Source of the DNA: an uncultured Clostridia bacterium
GTDB lineage: Bacteria; Bacillota; Clostridia; Oscillospirales; Ruminococcaceae
Assembly (NCBI GenBank): GCA_947627205.1
Contig: CANQVE010000008.1
Span: forward strand, 6,944-70,943
DNA: 64,000 nt
Direction of reading: 5' to 3'
The notes beneath the pieces are model-generated. The model was not told the origin of the DNA, searched no databases, and saw only the letters and a list, made by a program, of their open reading frames with translations. Within the stretch, counting starts at the first letter, position 1. Each line of letters opens with the position of its first letter. The position numbers and the translations under genes were made by a program. Shown piece by piece: positions 47,010 through 56,255 of the stretch.

Positions 47010-49787
47010 ATGTTTTGTAAAAAATGTAATTCGGAAATACCCGAGGGCTCCAAGTTCTGCCAGAACTGCGGAGAGCCTGTTCCCGCGCCCGCAGACAGGG
47101 GAACAGTATGCCCGAAATGTAAAATGATCTTGCCCGAAAACACAAAGTTCTGTGCTTTCTGCGGAACACCGATAGGCGAGGCGGCTGTTGATACAACGGC
47201 TGATACTGTAAGTTTAGCGGATAGTGTTGACGCTACCGTAAGCCTCGAAAAGCAGAGCTCTATTCCGCAGATGAGCGAACCCTCTTATGCAGGAACAGCA
47301 CAGCAGGTCGCTTATTCGGGAACAACAGGCTACATACCGCCCTTTGCTCCCTCGGAGAATACGGCGCAGACGCCCGTTATAGTTTCAAATGAACCCGCTG
47401 CGGCGGCAGTAAAACAGAAGAGCGCAAAGAAGCCTCTTATTATCACGATAGTGGCTGTTTTAGTTGCGGCGATCATCGGTGGAGGGGTTTTGTGCTTTTT
47501 TAATTCCGCGGCAGTTTTAAGTACCTTTATGGGAAAAGCAAACTATGCGGCTATGGTCGAGGGCAACTCGCTAAAGCAGATGGCAGAGTCTTTCGACAAG
47601 TCTTCTCTTGCGAGCAGCATTAAAACCTATTCCGAGCTTTATGCTTCTCTCGGCACGCTCGCAAATACGGGCAGTTATCGCGGAATGTCCGTTCCTATGT
47701 CGGATACGGTAACATCTGATGACGGGCAGAGCGTTGACCTTTCTTCGGCTTTTGCGGCGCTTAATGAGACCATGAAGAACTATCTTGGCGCAAACTCTGC
47801 GGAATTTTCTCTGGGAATGGACGTAGAGTTTACCGACGAAGCGAAAAGCGAGATATTAAAGAACACGGAAATGACCGAAGAGGAGCTCGGCGAGATCGTT
47901 GAATTTATAAATAAATCCAAGATATCGGCTGGTATCGCTTCGAGCGAAAACTCCGCGGCATATACCTTTGCGGCTGAAACAAGCGGATTTAAAGCCGACG
48001 CAAGGATCCTTGTAAACGACGAGGGAGAGACTTATCTTGTTCTGCCGTTTGCTTCGGAAAAAGGGCTTATGGTAAAGCTCGAAAATGTAAACGGAACTGA
48101 CATTGAAATTTCCGAGCCCGAAGAGGCTGTTTCTCTTGAAATTGACGAAAAGGAAATAGAGCGCTTTATAAACGAAGTAGTTGAGACCTACATCGAAAAC
48201 TACAAGGACTCCGAAATAGAAATGGAAGACGGCGAAATAAGCGCGGCGGGCGTCTCGGTTTCGGGAAAGGTCCTTACTGCCGAGTTTGACAGCGATAAGA
48301 TCGAAAAGCTCATAACCGACATTGCGGACAAATTCGCGTCAGACGATTACTTCGCAGACAAGATAGTTGAATATATAAACAACATCGGCATTGACTACAG
48401 CACAAGCGATCTCAAAGAAGATATCGAAGATTATATTGACAATATAACAATAAACAGTTCTCTTTCGCTCAAGATCACAACTGTTATAAACAACAGGGGA
48501 GACGTTCTCGGAAAAAGCTGTGAATTGTCCTCGGGCAAAGAAAACAGCATAGTATTTTCTTATGTTGCAGGCGGAACAAAGGAAAGCGGGTTTGAAGTAA
48601 AGTCCAAGGGACAATATACCGTTTCCGTAAAGAACGAACCCGAAAACAACGAAAACGGTCTTGTCACTATAAAAATGACTGTTATAAACGGCGATGAAAA
48701 GCAGACGGCTTCTTTAAAGCTCAAATACAGCGACGCAAAGACCGAAAAGTTCTGCGGCAGAGATGTTTATGTCGGAAAGTATGAGATGAGCATTGACCTG
48801 CCCGATGAATTTGCAGAATACAACGCCGAAGCGGCAGAGTTTCTGGACGGCACGAGCTTTTCCGTAACTAACTCGGTAGAAGAAAATTCATGCTCGACTA
48901 CTTTCGGAATTAAGAACAAGACCTACGGAAGCGTTTCGGTAGACTATGTTCTGACAGTAAAGGACGACAATTCCGCACTTGAAAAGCCCTCGTCTGTTCT
49001 CGACTTTACGCCTTATATGGACGGAACTCAGCCCGATGATGATTTCAAAAACGAGCTTATAGACTATCTCAAAACGGTGCGCGACGCTATTACAAAACAG
49101 GACGCGGGAGATCTCGGCGATACGGTCGCAGACCGGATAGATGGTATTATAGGACAGGTAGACACTGTAAGCACTGATGCTCTCAAAGGGCTTCTTGTTG
49201 ATATCGAAGATGACGTAGAAGAGATCGAAAAAGATTATACCAAATACGGCTTCTATTTCAGCATGGAAGAAAACGAGGACAAATTTGAACAGCTTTCGGA
49301 ATTGGCAGAGGATTATGAAGATCTGTATGATGAGATCGAAAGCGAATGTTACTACAGTTACAGTGACACAATAACCTCCGAGGAATACAAGGAATACCAG
49401 TCGAAGCTCAAAGAGCTTTCAGACAGAAAGGACGCTATTATCGCCGAAGCGGCAGGCTATACGCCAAATCCCGACGATCTTACGAGCATAGACGCTCTTT
49501 ATATCATAAGCGCCGTGACGTCAAACGGCAAAAGTGATGTAGATGACATTTATTCGGAATATTACAGCTATTTTAATACCGAGGATTTCTACAACGAAGC
49601 CAACGAGCTTTACACTGACTACGGCGAGCTTTACTCTGATGTGAACGATGTTTTGTATTCGTCAAAGGAAACCCTTACTTATTCGGAATACAACGAATAT
49701 CTTGAGCGGCTGAATGCGCTTGAAGCAAGGAAAGACGAGCTTGAGAAAAAAGCAAAGATACAGGCGGGAGAAATGGCGGCGGCGTAA
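47010..49787 (+). CDS. Double zinc-ribbon membrane protein with large acidic extracellular region
   Basis: AAGGA RBS; CKKC..FCQNCG and CPKC..FCAFCG ribbons, Pro-rich linker, single TM, two C-terminal ~95-aa repeats. Confidence 0.8.
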   Translation: MFCKKCNSEIPEGSKFCQNCGEPVPAPADRGTVCPKCKMILPENTKFCAFCGTPIGEAAVDTTADTVSLADSVDATVSLEKQSSIPQMSEPSYAGTAQQVAYSGTTGYIPPFAPSENTAQTPVIVSNEPAAAAVKQKSAKKPLIITIVAVLVAAIIGGGVLCFFNSAAVLSTFMGKANYAAMVEGNSLKQMAESFDKSSLASSIKTYSELYASLGTLANTGSYRGMSVPMSDTVTSDDGQSVDLSSAFAALNETMKNYLGANSAEFSLGMDVEFTDEAKSEILKNTEMTEEELGEIVEFINKSKISAGIASSENSAAYTFAAETSGFKADARILVNDEGETYLVLPFASEKGLMVKLENVNGTDIEISEPEEAVSLEIDEKEIERFINEVVETYIENYKDSEIEMEDGEISAAGVSVSGKVLTAEFDSDKIEKLITDIADKFASDDYFADKIVEYINNIGIDYSTSDLKEDIEDYIDNITINSSLSLKITTVINNRGDVLGKSCELSSGKENSIVFSYVAGGTKESGFEVKSKGQYTVSVKNEPENNENGLVTIKMTVINGDEKQTASLKLKYSDAKTEKFCGRDVYVGKYEMSIDLPDEFAEYNAEAAEFLDGTSFSVTNSVEENSCSTTFGIKNKTYGSVSVDYVLTVKDDNSALEKPSSVLDFTPYMDGTQPDDDFKNELIDYLKTVRDAITKQDAGDLGDTVADRIDGIIGQVDTVSTDALKGLLVDIEDDVEEIEKDYTKYGFYFSMEENEDKFEQLSELAEDYEDLYDEIESECYYSYSDTITSEEYKEYQSKLKELSDRKDAIIAEAAGYTPNPDDLTSIDALYIISAVTSNGKSDVDDIYSEYYSYFNTEDFYNEANELYTDYGELYSDVNDVLYSSKETLTYSEYNEYLERLNALEARKDELEKKAKIQAGEMAAA

Positions 49788-49810
49788 TTGCACGAATATA
49801 ATGACCAAAC

Positions 49811-49836
49811 TTCACCTCGGAATTTTCCGGGGTGAA
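49811..49836 (+). terminator. Probable terminator hairpin
   Basis: TTCACCTCGG / CCGGGGTGAA after the stop codon. Confidence 0.55.
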
Positions 49837-50067
49837 TTGCTTTATACGGCAATGATCATATTCGGTTGTTTTTAGCCAAGATGAATGAGAGTTTCAAAAG
49901 CATTTTTTCATTATTTATTATATCACAAGGTACCATATATTGCAATATACTTAAAGCATAAAAAACCGCCGAATATTCGGCAGTTTTTGTATATTTTATA
50001 CTATAAATTAACAGCGCCGCACGGACAGTATTCCGCGCGGCGTTTGTTTATGTAGGTTTTCTTATCC

Positions 50068-50283
50068 TTAGAAATCAATGTCATTAACGGCAGAGTTCGC
50101 GAGCTGAAGCTCTTTTTTGGGTATTCTCTTCAGCGGGTTGTAAACATACTTCTTGCACGAATCGTAGGACTTTACATCTCCGAATTTCGAGCAGGTTATT
50201 GTATCGCCTGAAGCCGCCGTACCGAGAGCGCAGTACTTGCACGCAGGCTTTATATTATTTCCGAACAACGCTTTTCTTGCCAT
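50068..50283 (-). CDS. Small Cys-rich hypothetical protein
   Basis: GGAGG RBS; ACKYCALG...CSKFG...SCKKYVYNPLKRIP. Confidence 0.65.
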   Translation of the reverse strand: MARKALFGNNIKPACKYCALGTAASGDTITCSKFGDVKSYDSCKKYVYNPLKRIPKKELQLANSAVNDIDF

Positions 50284-50412
50284 AGTAAATACCTCCGTAT
50301 AAAACAATTTACCTATTTACATTATATCACGCTTTTTTTAAAATGTCCACAGGAATTTTCTTTTAAAACGTAAAAATAATGGAAATATTTTTAGCTATTT
50401 TAACAATAAACC

Positions 50413-51216
50413 TCATTTCGAGTATATCGGGAGAACATTAAGCGTAGCTTTTCTTCCTAGGTCTCCGTTAAGCGGAACGATATGCAGGGGCATTTTCCCG
50501 ATGAAATCTTTTCCCGCTGTGCCGAAAATATCGTAAAAGCGGTCGGGCTGGGGCGCATTTATAACAAGCAGATAGCCTCTGTCGCCGTTTAATGTTATTC
50601 CGCGAAGCCAGAGAGCGCTTACCTCGGGGAGTTTTTTCGCTGTCTCGCAGAGCTTGTTTGAAAGCTGGAGAGGATAGGGATTAGGCGTATACAGATCGAC
50701 GGGCGTATTTCCCGTAACAAGGTGATTTGCGCGTCCCGTTTTCAATACCTGCTTTTTTTCGCGCCATTTGGAAACGGCGTTTCGGCTTATAAACATATTG
50801 TCGTCGAAAGGATTTACCATCATTCCCTCGCAAACGCCGCCGTCAGCTATCACTCCCGAAATATAGTCGAAGTCGGTTATTATCGTATAATAATCGCTGA
50901 ATGCATCACATTTTTCAAGCTCGCTTTCGTCCGTAAAGACAGGGAAAATACTTCCGAATTTTGGGTTTTCAAGAAGCATAAAAGAAACCTTTGCATTGTC
51001 GTCGGCATTATATGTTCCGTCGCTTTTCTTTATAGGCTCGGGCGAAATTTTAACGGCGCAGACAAATTTTGCGTTCATTACTATTTCCGTAGCTATGGCG
51101 TCCATCAGCTTGTTCTGAGCCGAAGTATCGTTTTCGTCTGTTGTGCGCCTGCTTATTATAAGTTTATGAAGCTCCTGCGGTTCGAGCTTTTCGTTTATTC
51201 TGTATTTATTTGGCAT
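50413..51216 (-). CDS. SseB-family protein (SseB + SseB_C)
   Basis: FPVFTDESEL, GMMVNPFDDN, EVSALWLRGI; GGAGG RBS. Confidence 0.75.
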   Translation of the reverse strand: MPNKYRINEKLEPQELHKLIISRRTTDENDTSAQNKLMDAIATEIVMNAKFVCAVKISPEPIKKSDGTYNADDNAKVSFMLLENPKFGSIFPVFTDESELEKCDAFSDYYTIITDFDYISGVIADGGVCEGMMVNPFDDNMFISRNAVSKWREKKQVLKTGRANHLVTGNTPVDLYTPNPYPLQLSNKLCETAKKLPEVSALWLRGITLNGDRGYLLVINAPQPDRFYDIFGTAGKDFIGKMPLHIVPLNGDLGRKATLNVLPIYSK

Positions 51217-51281
51217 TTTTGACCTCCGTGTTATAAAAGAAATATGCCCGTCATTAAATACGGCATTATTGAAAAATGCGT

Positions 51282-52091
51282 TCAGTAATTGTCTTTATAT
51301 ATCGCCGCAACGGAAATATCGTCCCTGCTTCCGCTGCGTGAGCGTGTTCTCAGATGTTCTTCGAGAGCGTCTGCGGTGTCGGTTTCAATAGCCGAGAAGA
51401 TCCTTTTCCCGAATTTCATGAAATCCCCGACATTCACAAATGAATTTATCAGCCCGTCGCTTGAAAGCGACACGCCCGAAAAGTTCCCCTCGCTGTAAAA
51501 CGAACGGAAGCTCTCAATGGCGTTATTGTCGCAAAGTGAAGTCGTAAGGTTTCCGACAAGCTCCGCGTCGTCGGGCATAGGGCAGAATATTTCCCCGTCC
51601 TTTTGCACAAGAAAGTTCCCGTCGCCTATCTGAAGCCCGAAACAGCCTTTTTCGCTTATCCCTGCGACAATAAGCGTCGCTCCGTACATTACTTCGTTCG
51701 CTATTCCGCCGTATTTTTCGCAGACAGCCTTTTCGCTTTCACTAAGCGGATTTTCGCGGATATGTTCGGCAATTTCGCTGTTCCAGCCGCAAATTATGTT
51801 TGCGGCAATTCTCCTGGCGGCGGTAGTGCGGTCGTTTTGAAATATCCTGTCGATACCGCCGTTCTGCGCGGCAAAATCACTGACAGAACGTATAGCGACA
51901 TTTACAGCCATTTCGCTCCCTATTGCACTGCGAAAATGCCGTTCGCTTCCGTGACCGTCGGAAAGAACGGCCAATGCAAGGTTTTCTGACAGACAGACCT
52001 TTGCGCTGTCCTGGCAAGGCAGTCCCTCGCACTCATGAGAAGCGCCGCGCACCGACAGGGCATAACCCCTGAATTTTGTGTTTTCAAGCAT
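51282..52091 (-). CDS. PP2C-like phosphatase of TerY-P type
   Basis: SVRGASH...PCQD, VLSDGHGS, GATLI, QIGDG, TTSLC, LSSDGL, SRDDISV. Confidence 0.85.
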   Translation of the reverse strand: MLENTKFRGYALSVRGASHECEGLPCQDSAKVCLSENLALAVLSDGHGSERHFRSAIGSEMAVNVAIRSVSDFAAQNGGIDRIFQNDRTTAARRIAANIICGWNSEIAEHIRENPLSESEKAVCEKYGGIANEVMYGATLIVAGISEKGCFGLQIGDGNFLVQKDGEIFCPMPDDAELVGNLTTSLCDNNAIESFRSFYSEGNFSGVSLSSDGLINSFVNVGDFMKFGKRIFSAIETDTADALEEHLRTRSRSGSRDDISVAAIYKDNY

Positions 52092-52111
52092 AATTTACCC
52101 TATAGAGCGCA

Positions 52112-52840
52112 TTACCAGCCCTCTTCTATATCCTCGCTTATTTCGGAGCTTTCTGCATACTCGCGTATCTGCTCTGCGGCAGTCTGCTGTTTTGTACGGA
52201 AATCTTCTTCTGTTTCCGCAAGGCGTATGCTCCTGCTCCCTATCTGAGATGAAGTTATGGCTACAAACTTTACGAGCTTTGCGAGCGCTTCTCCGTTATG
52301 CGCCGCGACAACGCTGTCGGGGTTTTCGGTAAAGCGGGCTAAAATGTCTAAGTCTGCGTCCTCGCCTATTGCAACAGCGGCTTTTATTCCTGCGGAATAC
52401 CAGCGGTTTCTGCGGAGCTCTTCAAGCCCTTTTTCAAAGTTATCCGTAGGATATCCGTCCGACATAAGTATCATAACAGGCGCAAAAGACAGCGACGGAC
52501 TGTTCATAAACGAATTTCTGGAGAGCTTTGAATTAAGCTCGGAAAACGCGCTTCCGAGGTCCGTAACGTTTTCCGCGTCGAGCGGTTTCCATTCAAAATT
52601 TTCGACAGAAATAGGCTCGGGATACATCCACTCGCTCCCGCCCGAAAATTTTAGTACCGCTATTTTTATATCCGCGTCTGCTCCGCCTATTCCGCGTATT
52701 TCCGAAATAAGCTCTTCCATAACGGCGTTTACTGTTCCTATCTTAGAACCGCTCATACTTCCCGAGCAGTCTATAAGCAGGAAAAGCACCATTGATTTTT
52801 TGGCGATCTCTTCTGCATCGTCAAACGGATTTATGGGCAT
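52112..52840 (-). CDS. TerY-like von Willebrand factor A protein
   Basis: MIDAS LLIDCSGSMSG, TDLGSAF, MSDGYPTD, AIGEDADL..L..F; GGAGG RBS before ATG 52840. Confidence 0.85.
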   Translation of the reverse strand: MPINPFDDAEEIAKKSMVLFLLIDCSGSMSGSKIGTVNAVMEELISEIRGIGGADADIKIAVLKFSGGSEWMYPEPISVENFEWKPLDAENVTDLGSAFSELNSKLSRNSFMNSPSLSFAPVMILMSDGYPTDNFEKGLEELRRNRWYSAGIKAAVAIGEDADLDILARFTENPDSVVAAHNGEALAKLVKFVAITSSQIGSRSIRLAETEEDFRTKQQTAAEQIREYAESSEISEDIEEGW

Positions 52841-52910
52841 TTTTCTTCCTCCCTTAAAAGATGTAACTTTATAAGCGTTTACTCTTCCGCTCAAACACGT
52901 TGCCAGAGGG

Positions 52911-53176
52911 ATACAGTATACAGTGCATCTAGAAGCTGGAGATTAGAGACAAGAGGCTAGAATTTTAGAGGAGAGGTTATTCGATTTTCATAAGAATTCT
53001 AGCCTCTAGCCTCTTTATCCGAAAACTAAACAACTTTCCTTTCAAAAGTTCCCCGAAATTCTTATCTCTTACATCTTACTTCTTACCTCTAGCAGGATAG
53101 GGCGAGAAAACGTTATTTAGAAAGATAACGTTTAAAAAGAACCACTGCTAAATACTGCATACTGTCTACTGCATAC
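52911..53176. repeat. Composite/nested heptamer repeat (TACAG ends enclosing CTAG and CTCTTAC arrays)
   Basis: ATACAGTATACAGTG..CTAGAAGCTGGAGATTAGAGACAAGAGGCTAG..TTCTAGCCTCTAGCCTC..CTTATCTCTTACATCTTACTTCTTACCTCTAG..CTGCATACTGTCTACTGCATAC. Confidence 0.65.
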
Positions 53177-53340
53177 CGCCAACAGGTCTGATCAAACTAT
53201 ACACCGTAATTATACCACATTTAATGCTTTTCGTCAAGAGAAATATAGCATTGTTGAAAACTTTTTAATATATTTTGTCAAAAAACGGTTGAATACAAGT
53301 CTGATTTATGCTACAATATGAGAAAGGGGAGCATTTAAAT

Positions 53341-54735
53341 ATGAAATTCAGAATTATTGCCATTTTAATATTAGCTGTATTTATGTTTGCAGGGTGCGCA
53401 CAACAACGGGATATAAGCGAGCTTACTATATTTATCGCTGAAGAGAGCGGGTATGCAGGGAATAACAGTGATACGGAAAGTTCGAGCGAAGAGAGCGCGC
53501 CTGTGCTCGAGCCCGAAAAAAAGCCCGAAGAGCCCGAATATGCCGAATTTTTTAAGGAAATGAAAGTTCATACTCTTGAGCTTGAAATGGAACAAAAAGA
53601 TTGGAATTTCCTTTTGTATAACCCGTTTGCTAAACAATACAGAACAGCAAATGTAATTATTGACGGTGAAAGATATGACAACACCGCCATAAGGACGAGA
53701 GGAAATTCGACGCTTAAATCGGCTATAACAGAAAGCGGGATCTACCGCCCGCCGCTCAAGCTGAAGTTCGACAAGTATGTTGAGGACAGGACGTTTAAAG
53801 GGCTTGACGAGCTGGCGCTTTTAAATGTTGCGGGAGACAATTCTTATGCGCGCGAATATATAGGATATGAGGCGTTTCGTGTATTAGACCTGTGTGCGCC
53901 GTATGTTACATTCTTCAACATTTATATAAACGGAAAGCTCCACGGCTTTTATGTCGGAGTGGAAATAATAGACAACAGTTTTCTTGACCGCGTATTCGAC
54001 AGTCATAAGCACAGTCTGTATAAAGCCGACAACAATTCAACGCTTCTTACGAATATGGACTTTTCGGTTATGGAACAGAAAAAAGGAAGCGACACCAGCA
54101 AGACCGATCTAAAATATTTGACACAAGTCTTGGACGAAATGACGCTCGGCGAAAAGGGAAATATTGAGGATATACTTGACGTGGATTCGGTGCTGAAAAA
54201 TTTCGCGGTAAATGCCGTATTGCACAATTGGGACGACTATGCGGGATATTATGCTCATAACTATTATCTTTATCTGCATGACGGGAAGTTTTATTTTATC
54301 CCGTGGGATATGAACCAGATATGCTTTCAGTGGCAAAGACATTTTACCGACAGCGACGGCTCAAAGCAGGATATCATCACGCCCGTAACGGGAGGCGCTT
54401 CGGTCTCACAGCGCCCGCTGGTAAATAAGCTCCTTTCGGTAAATGAATATTATCTGAAGTATCTTGATTATTGCGAACAGCTTAATGCGTGGCTGAAAGA
54501 ACTTGACGAAAGCAATAGGCTCAATGATATAAAAGATATGCTGGACGAAAATGTAAAAAACGATCCCACCAGATATTACGGCTATTATGATTTCGTCCGT
54601 GAATTCAGCAAATCATATTCCTATGGGCTGGCTTATTTTATTCACGACCGCTCGGCTTATCTTACAAAACGGATAGAACAGATACGCACGGAAAACAAAA
54701 ATCCCATAACGGGCTTAGAGCTTATTGCGTCATAA
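53341..54735 (+). CDS. CotH kinase-family lipoprotein 1
   Basis: FMFAG-C lipobox; IRTRGNST, KLKFDKY, DNSYAREY, HNYYLY..GKFYFIPWDMN. Confidence 0.85.
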   Translation: MKFRIIAILILAVFMFAGCAQQRDISELTIFIAEESGYAGNNSDTESSSEESAPVLEPEKKPEEPEYAEFFKEMKVHTLELEMEQKDWNFLLYNPFAKQYRTANVIIDGERYDNTAIRTRGNSTLKSAITESGIYRPPLKLKFDKYVEDRTFKGLDELALLNVAGDNSYAREYIGYEAFRVLDLCAPYVTFFNIYINGKLHGFYVGVEIIDNSFLDRVFDSHKHSLYKADNNSTLLTNMDFSVMEQKKGSDTSKTDLKYLTQVLDEMTLGEKGNIEDILDVDSVLKNFAVNAVLHNWDDYAGYYAHNYYLYLHDGKFYFIPWDMNQICFQWQRHFTDSDGSKQDIITPVTGGASVSQRPLVNKLLSVNEYYLKYLDYCEQLNAWLKELDESNRLNDIKDMLDENVKNDPTRYYGYYDFVREFSKSYSYGLAYFIHDRSAYLTKRIEQIRTENKNPITGLELIAS

Positions 54736-54795
54736 TTCAATGCATTTACGGCACTATTATTCGTATATATGACTTACAGACTTTAAAGGAGCATT

Positions 54796-56145
54796 ATGAA
54801 AAAATTCCATGCACTAGCCTTGGCAATGACCGTGTTATTGCTGTCGGGGTGCCGCGGCAATACTAAAGATGTTCCGCTTGAACTGATAATAAGCAGTCAG
54901 GCAGAAAGCTCCGATACCGAAATAATTGACAATAATGATGATGAACCAAATTCGGGCTACGGCTTTTCCAAGGAAGAAAAGGAGCCCGAATATGTCGGTT
55001 TTTTCAAGGAAACAGCCGTTCATACCATAGATTTTCAAATGCCCGCTTCCGATTGGGACTATTTTATAAACCACCCTCTGGCAAAGACCTATAGAACTGT
55101 TGATGTTGTTATTGATGGCGAAATGTATGAAAACGCAGGTATACGCACAAGAGGGAATACTTCTCTTTTAGCATACATTGATTATACGAAAATGCGCCCG
55201 CCGTTTGAAATAAAATTCGATAAATATATCGACGGCAGGCTGTTTTTGGGACTTGACGAGCTTAGCCTTTTGAACGTTGTTGACGACAGAGCGTTTTTGC
55301 GCGATTACATCGGCTATGAAGCGTTCAGGGCAATAGACGGTTTTGCTCCTTATGTGACGTTTTTCAATATCACGGTAAACGGAAAACTTCACGGTCTGTA
55401 TGTCGGAGTTGAATCGGTTGACAGCAGTTTTCTTGACCGAGTTTTCAACAGCCATAAGCACAATCTTTATAAAAGCGAAACGCAGACAACGCTCCTGCCG
55501 ACTATGAGGAAAAGTGCAGTTTCCCAGCAAAAGGGGAGCGACGAGAGCAGAGCCGACCTTAATTACCTTATAAAAACGCTCGATACAATGAAGCTCGGTG
55601 AAAAGGAAAATATCGAGGACATTTTAGACGTGGATTCTGTCCTCAAATATCTCGCTGTAAATGCCGTATTGCATAATTGGGACAGCTATGCGGGATACTA
55701 TGCGCATAATTTTTACATGTATATAAACGACGGAAAATTTTATTTTATACCGTGGGATATGAACGAGGTATGCTTGCAATGGCAAAGGCAATATGAGCCG
55801 AGCGACGGCTCAAGGGAAGATATTGCTTCGCCCATAACGGGAGATATTTCCGTTTCACAGCGTCCTCTGGTAAATAAACTGCTCGCGGTAGACGAATATT
55901 ATAATAAGTATCTAGACTATTGTTCGATACTCAACGAATGGCTAAAGGGCATTGACGAAAGCGGTTGGCTGAATGATATGCATGATATGCTTGATGAATA
56001 TGTAAAAAACGATCCCACCAAATTCTATGACTATTCATCATTTAACAATCAGTTCAATAACGCCTATTATTACGGTATTTCATACTTTATCCACGACCGC
56101 ACGGCTTATCTCACAAAAAGGCTTAATGAGCTTCGCCGCGAATAA
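54796..56145 (+). CDS. CotH kinase-family lipoprotein 2
   Basis: LLLSG-C lipobox; GIRTRGNTS, HNFYMY..FIPWDMN. Confidence 0.85.
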   Translation: MKKFHALALAMTVLLLSGCRGNTKDVPLELIISSQAESSDTEIIDNNDDEPNSGYGFSKEEKEPEYVGFFKETAVHTIDFQMPASDWDYFINHPLAKTYRTVDVVIDGEMYENAGIRTRGNTSLLAYIDYTKMRPPFEIKFDKYIDGRLFLGLDELSLLNVVDDRAFLRDYIGYEAFRAIDGFAPYVTFFNITVNGKLHGLYVGVESVDSSFLDRVFNSHKHNLYKSETQTTLLPTMRKSAVSQQKGSDESRADLNYLIKTLDTMKLGEKENIEDILDVDSVLKYLAVNAVLHNWDSYAGYYAHNFYMYINDGKFYFIPWDMNEVCLQWQRQYEPSDGSREDIASPITGDISVSQRPLVNKLLAVDEYYNKYLDYCSILNEWLKGIDESGWLNDMHDMLDEYVKNDPTKFYDYSSFNNQFNNAYYYGISYFIHDRTAYLTKRLNELRRE

Positions 56146-56255
56146 AAATATTTTATTAAATTTTTCTGCAACTTTTTCGACATTAGAAAAGTATTTATTT
56201 TAGAAACGTCATTTGGAAATTTTATAAAAAGCTCGGAATTTATAAGGGGAAAATT

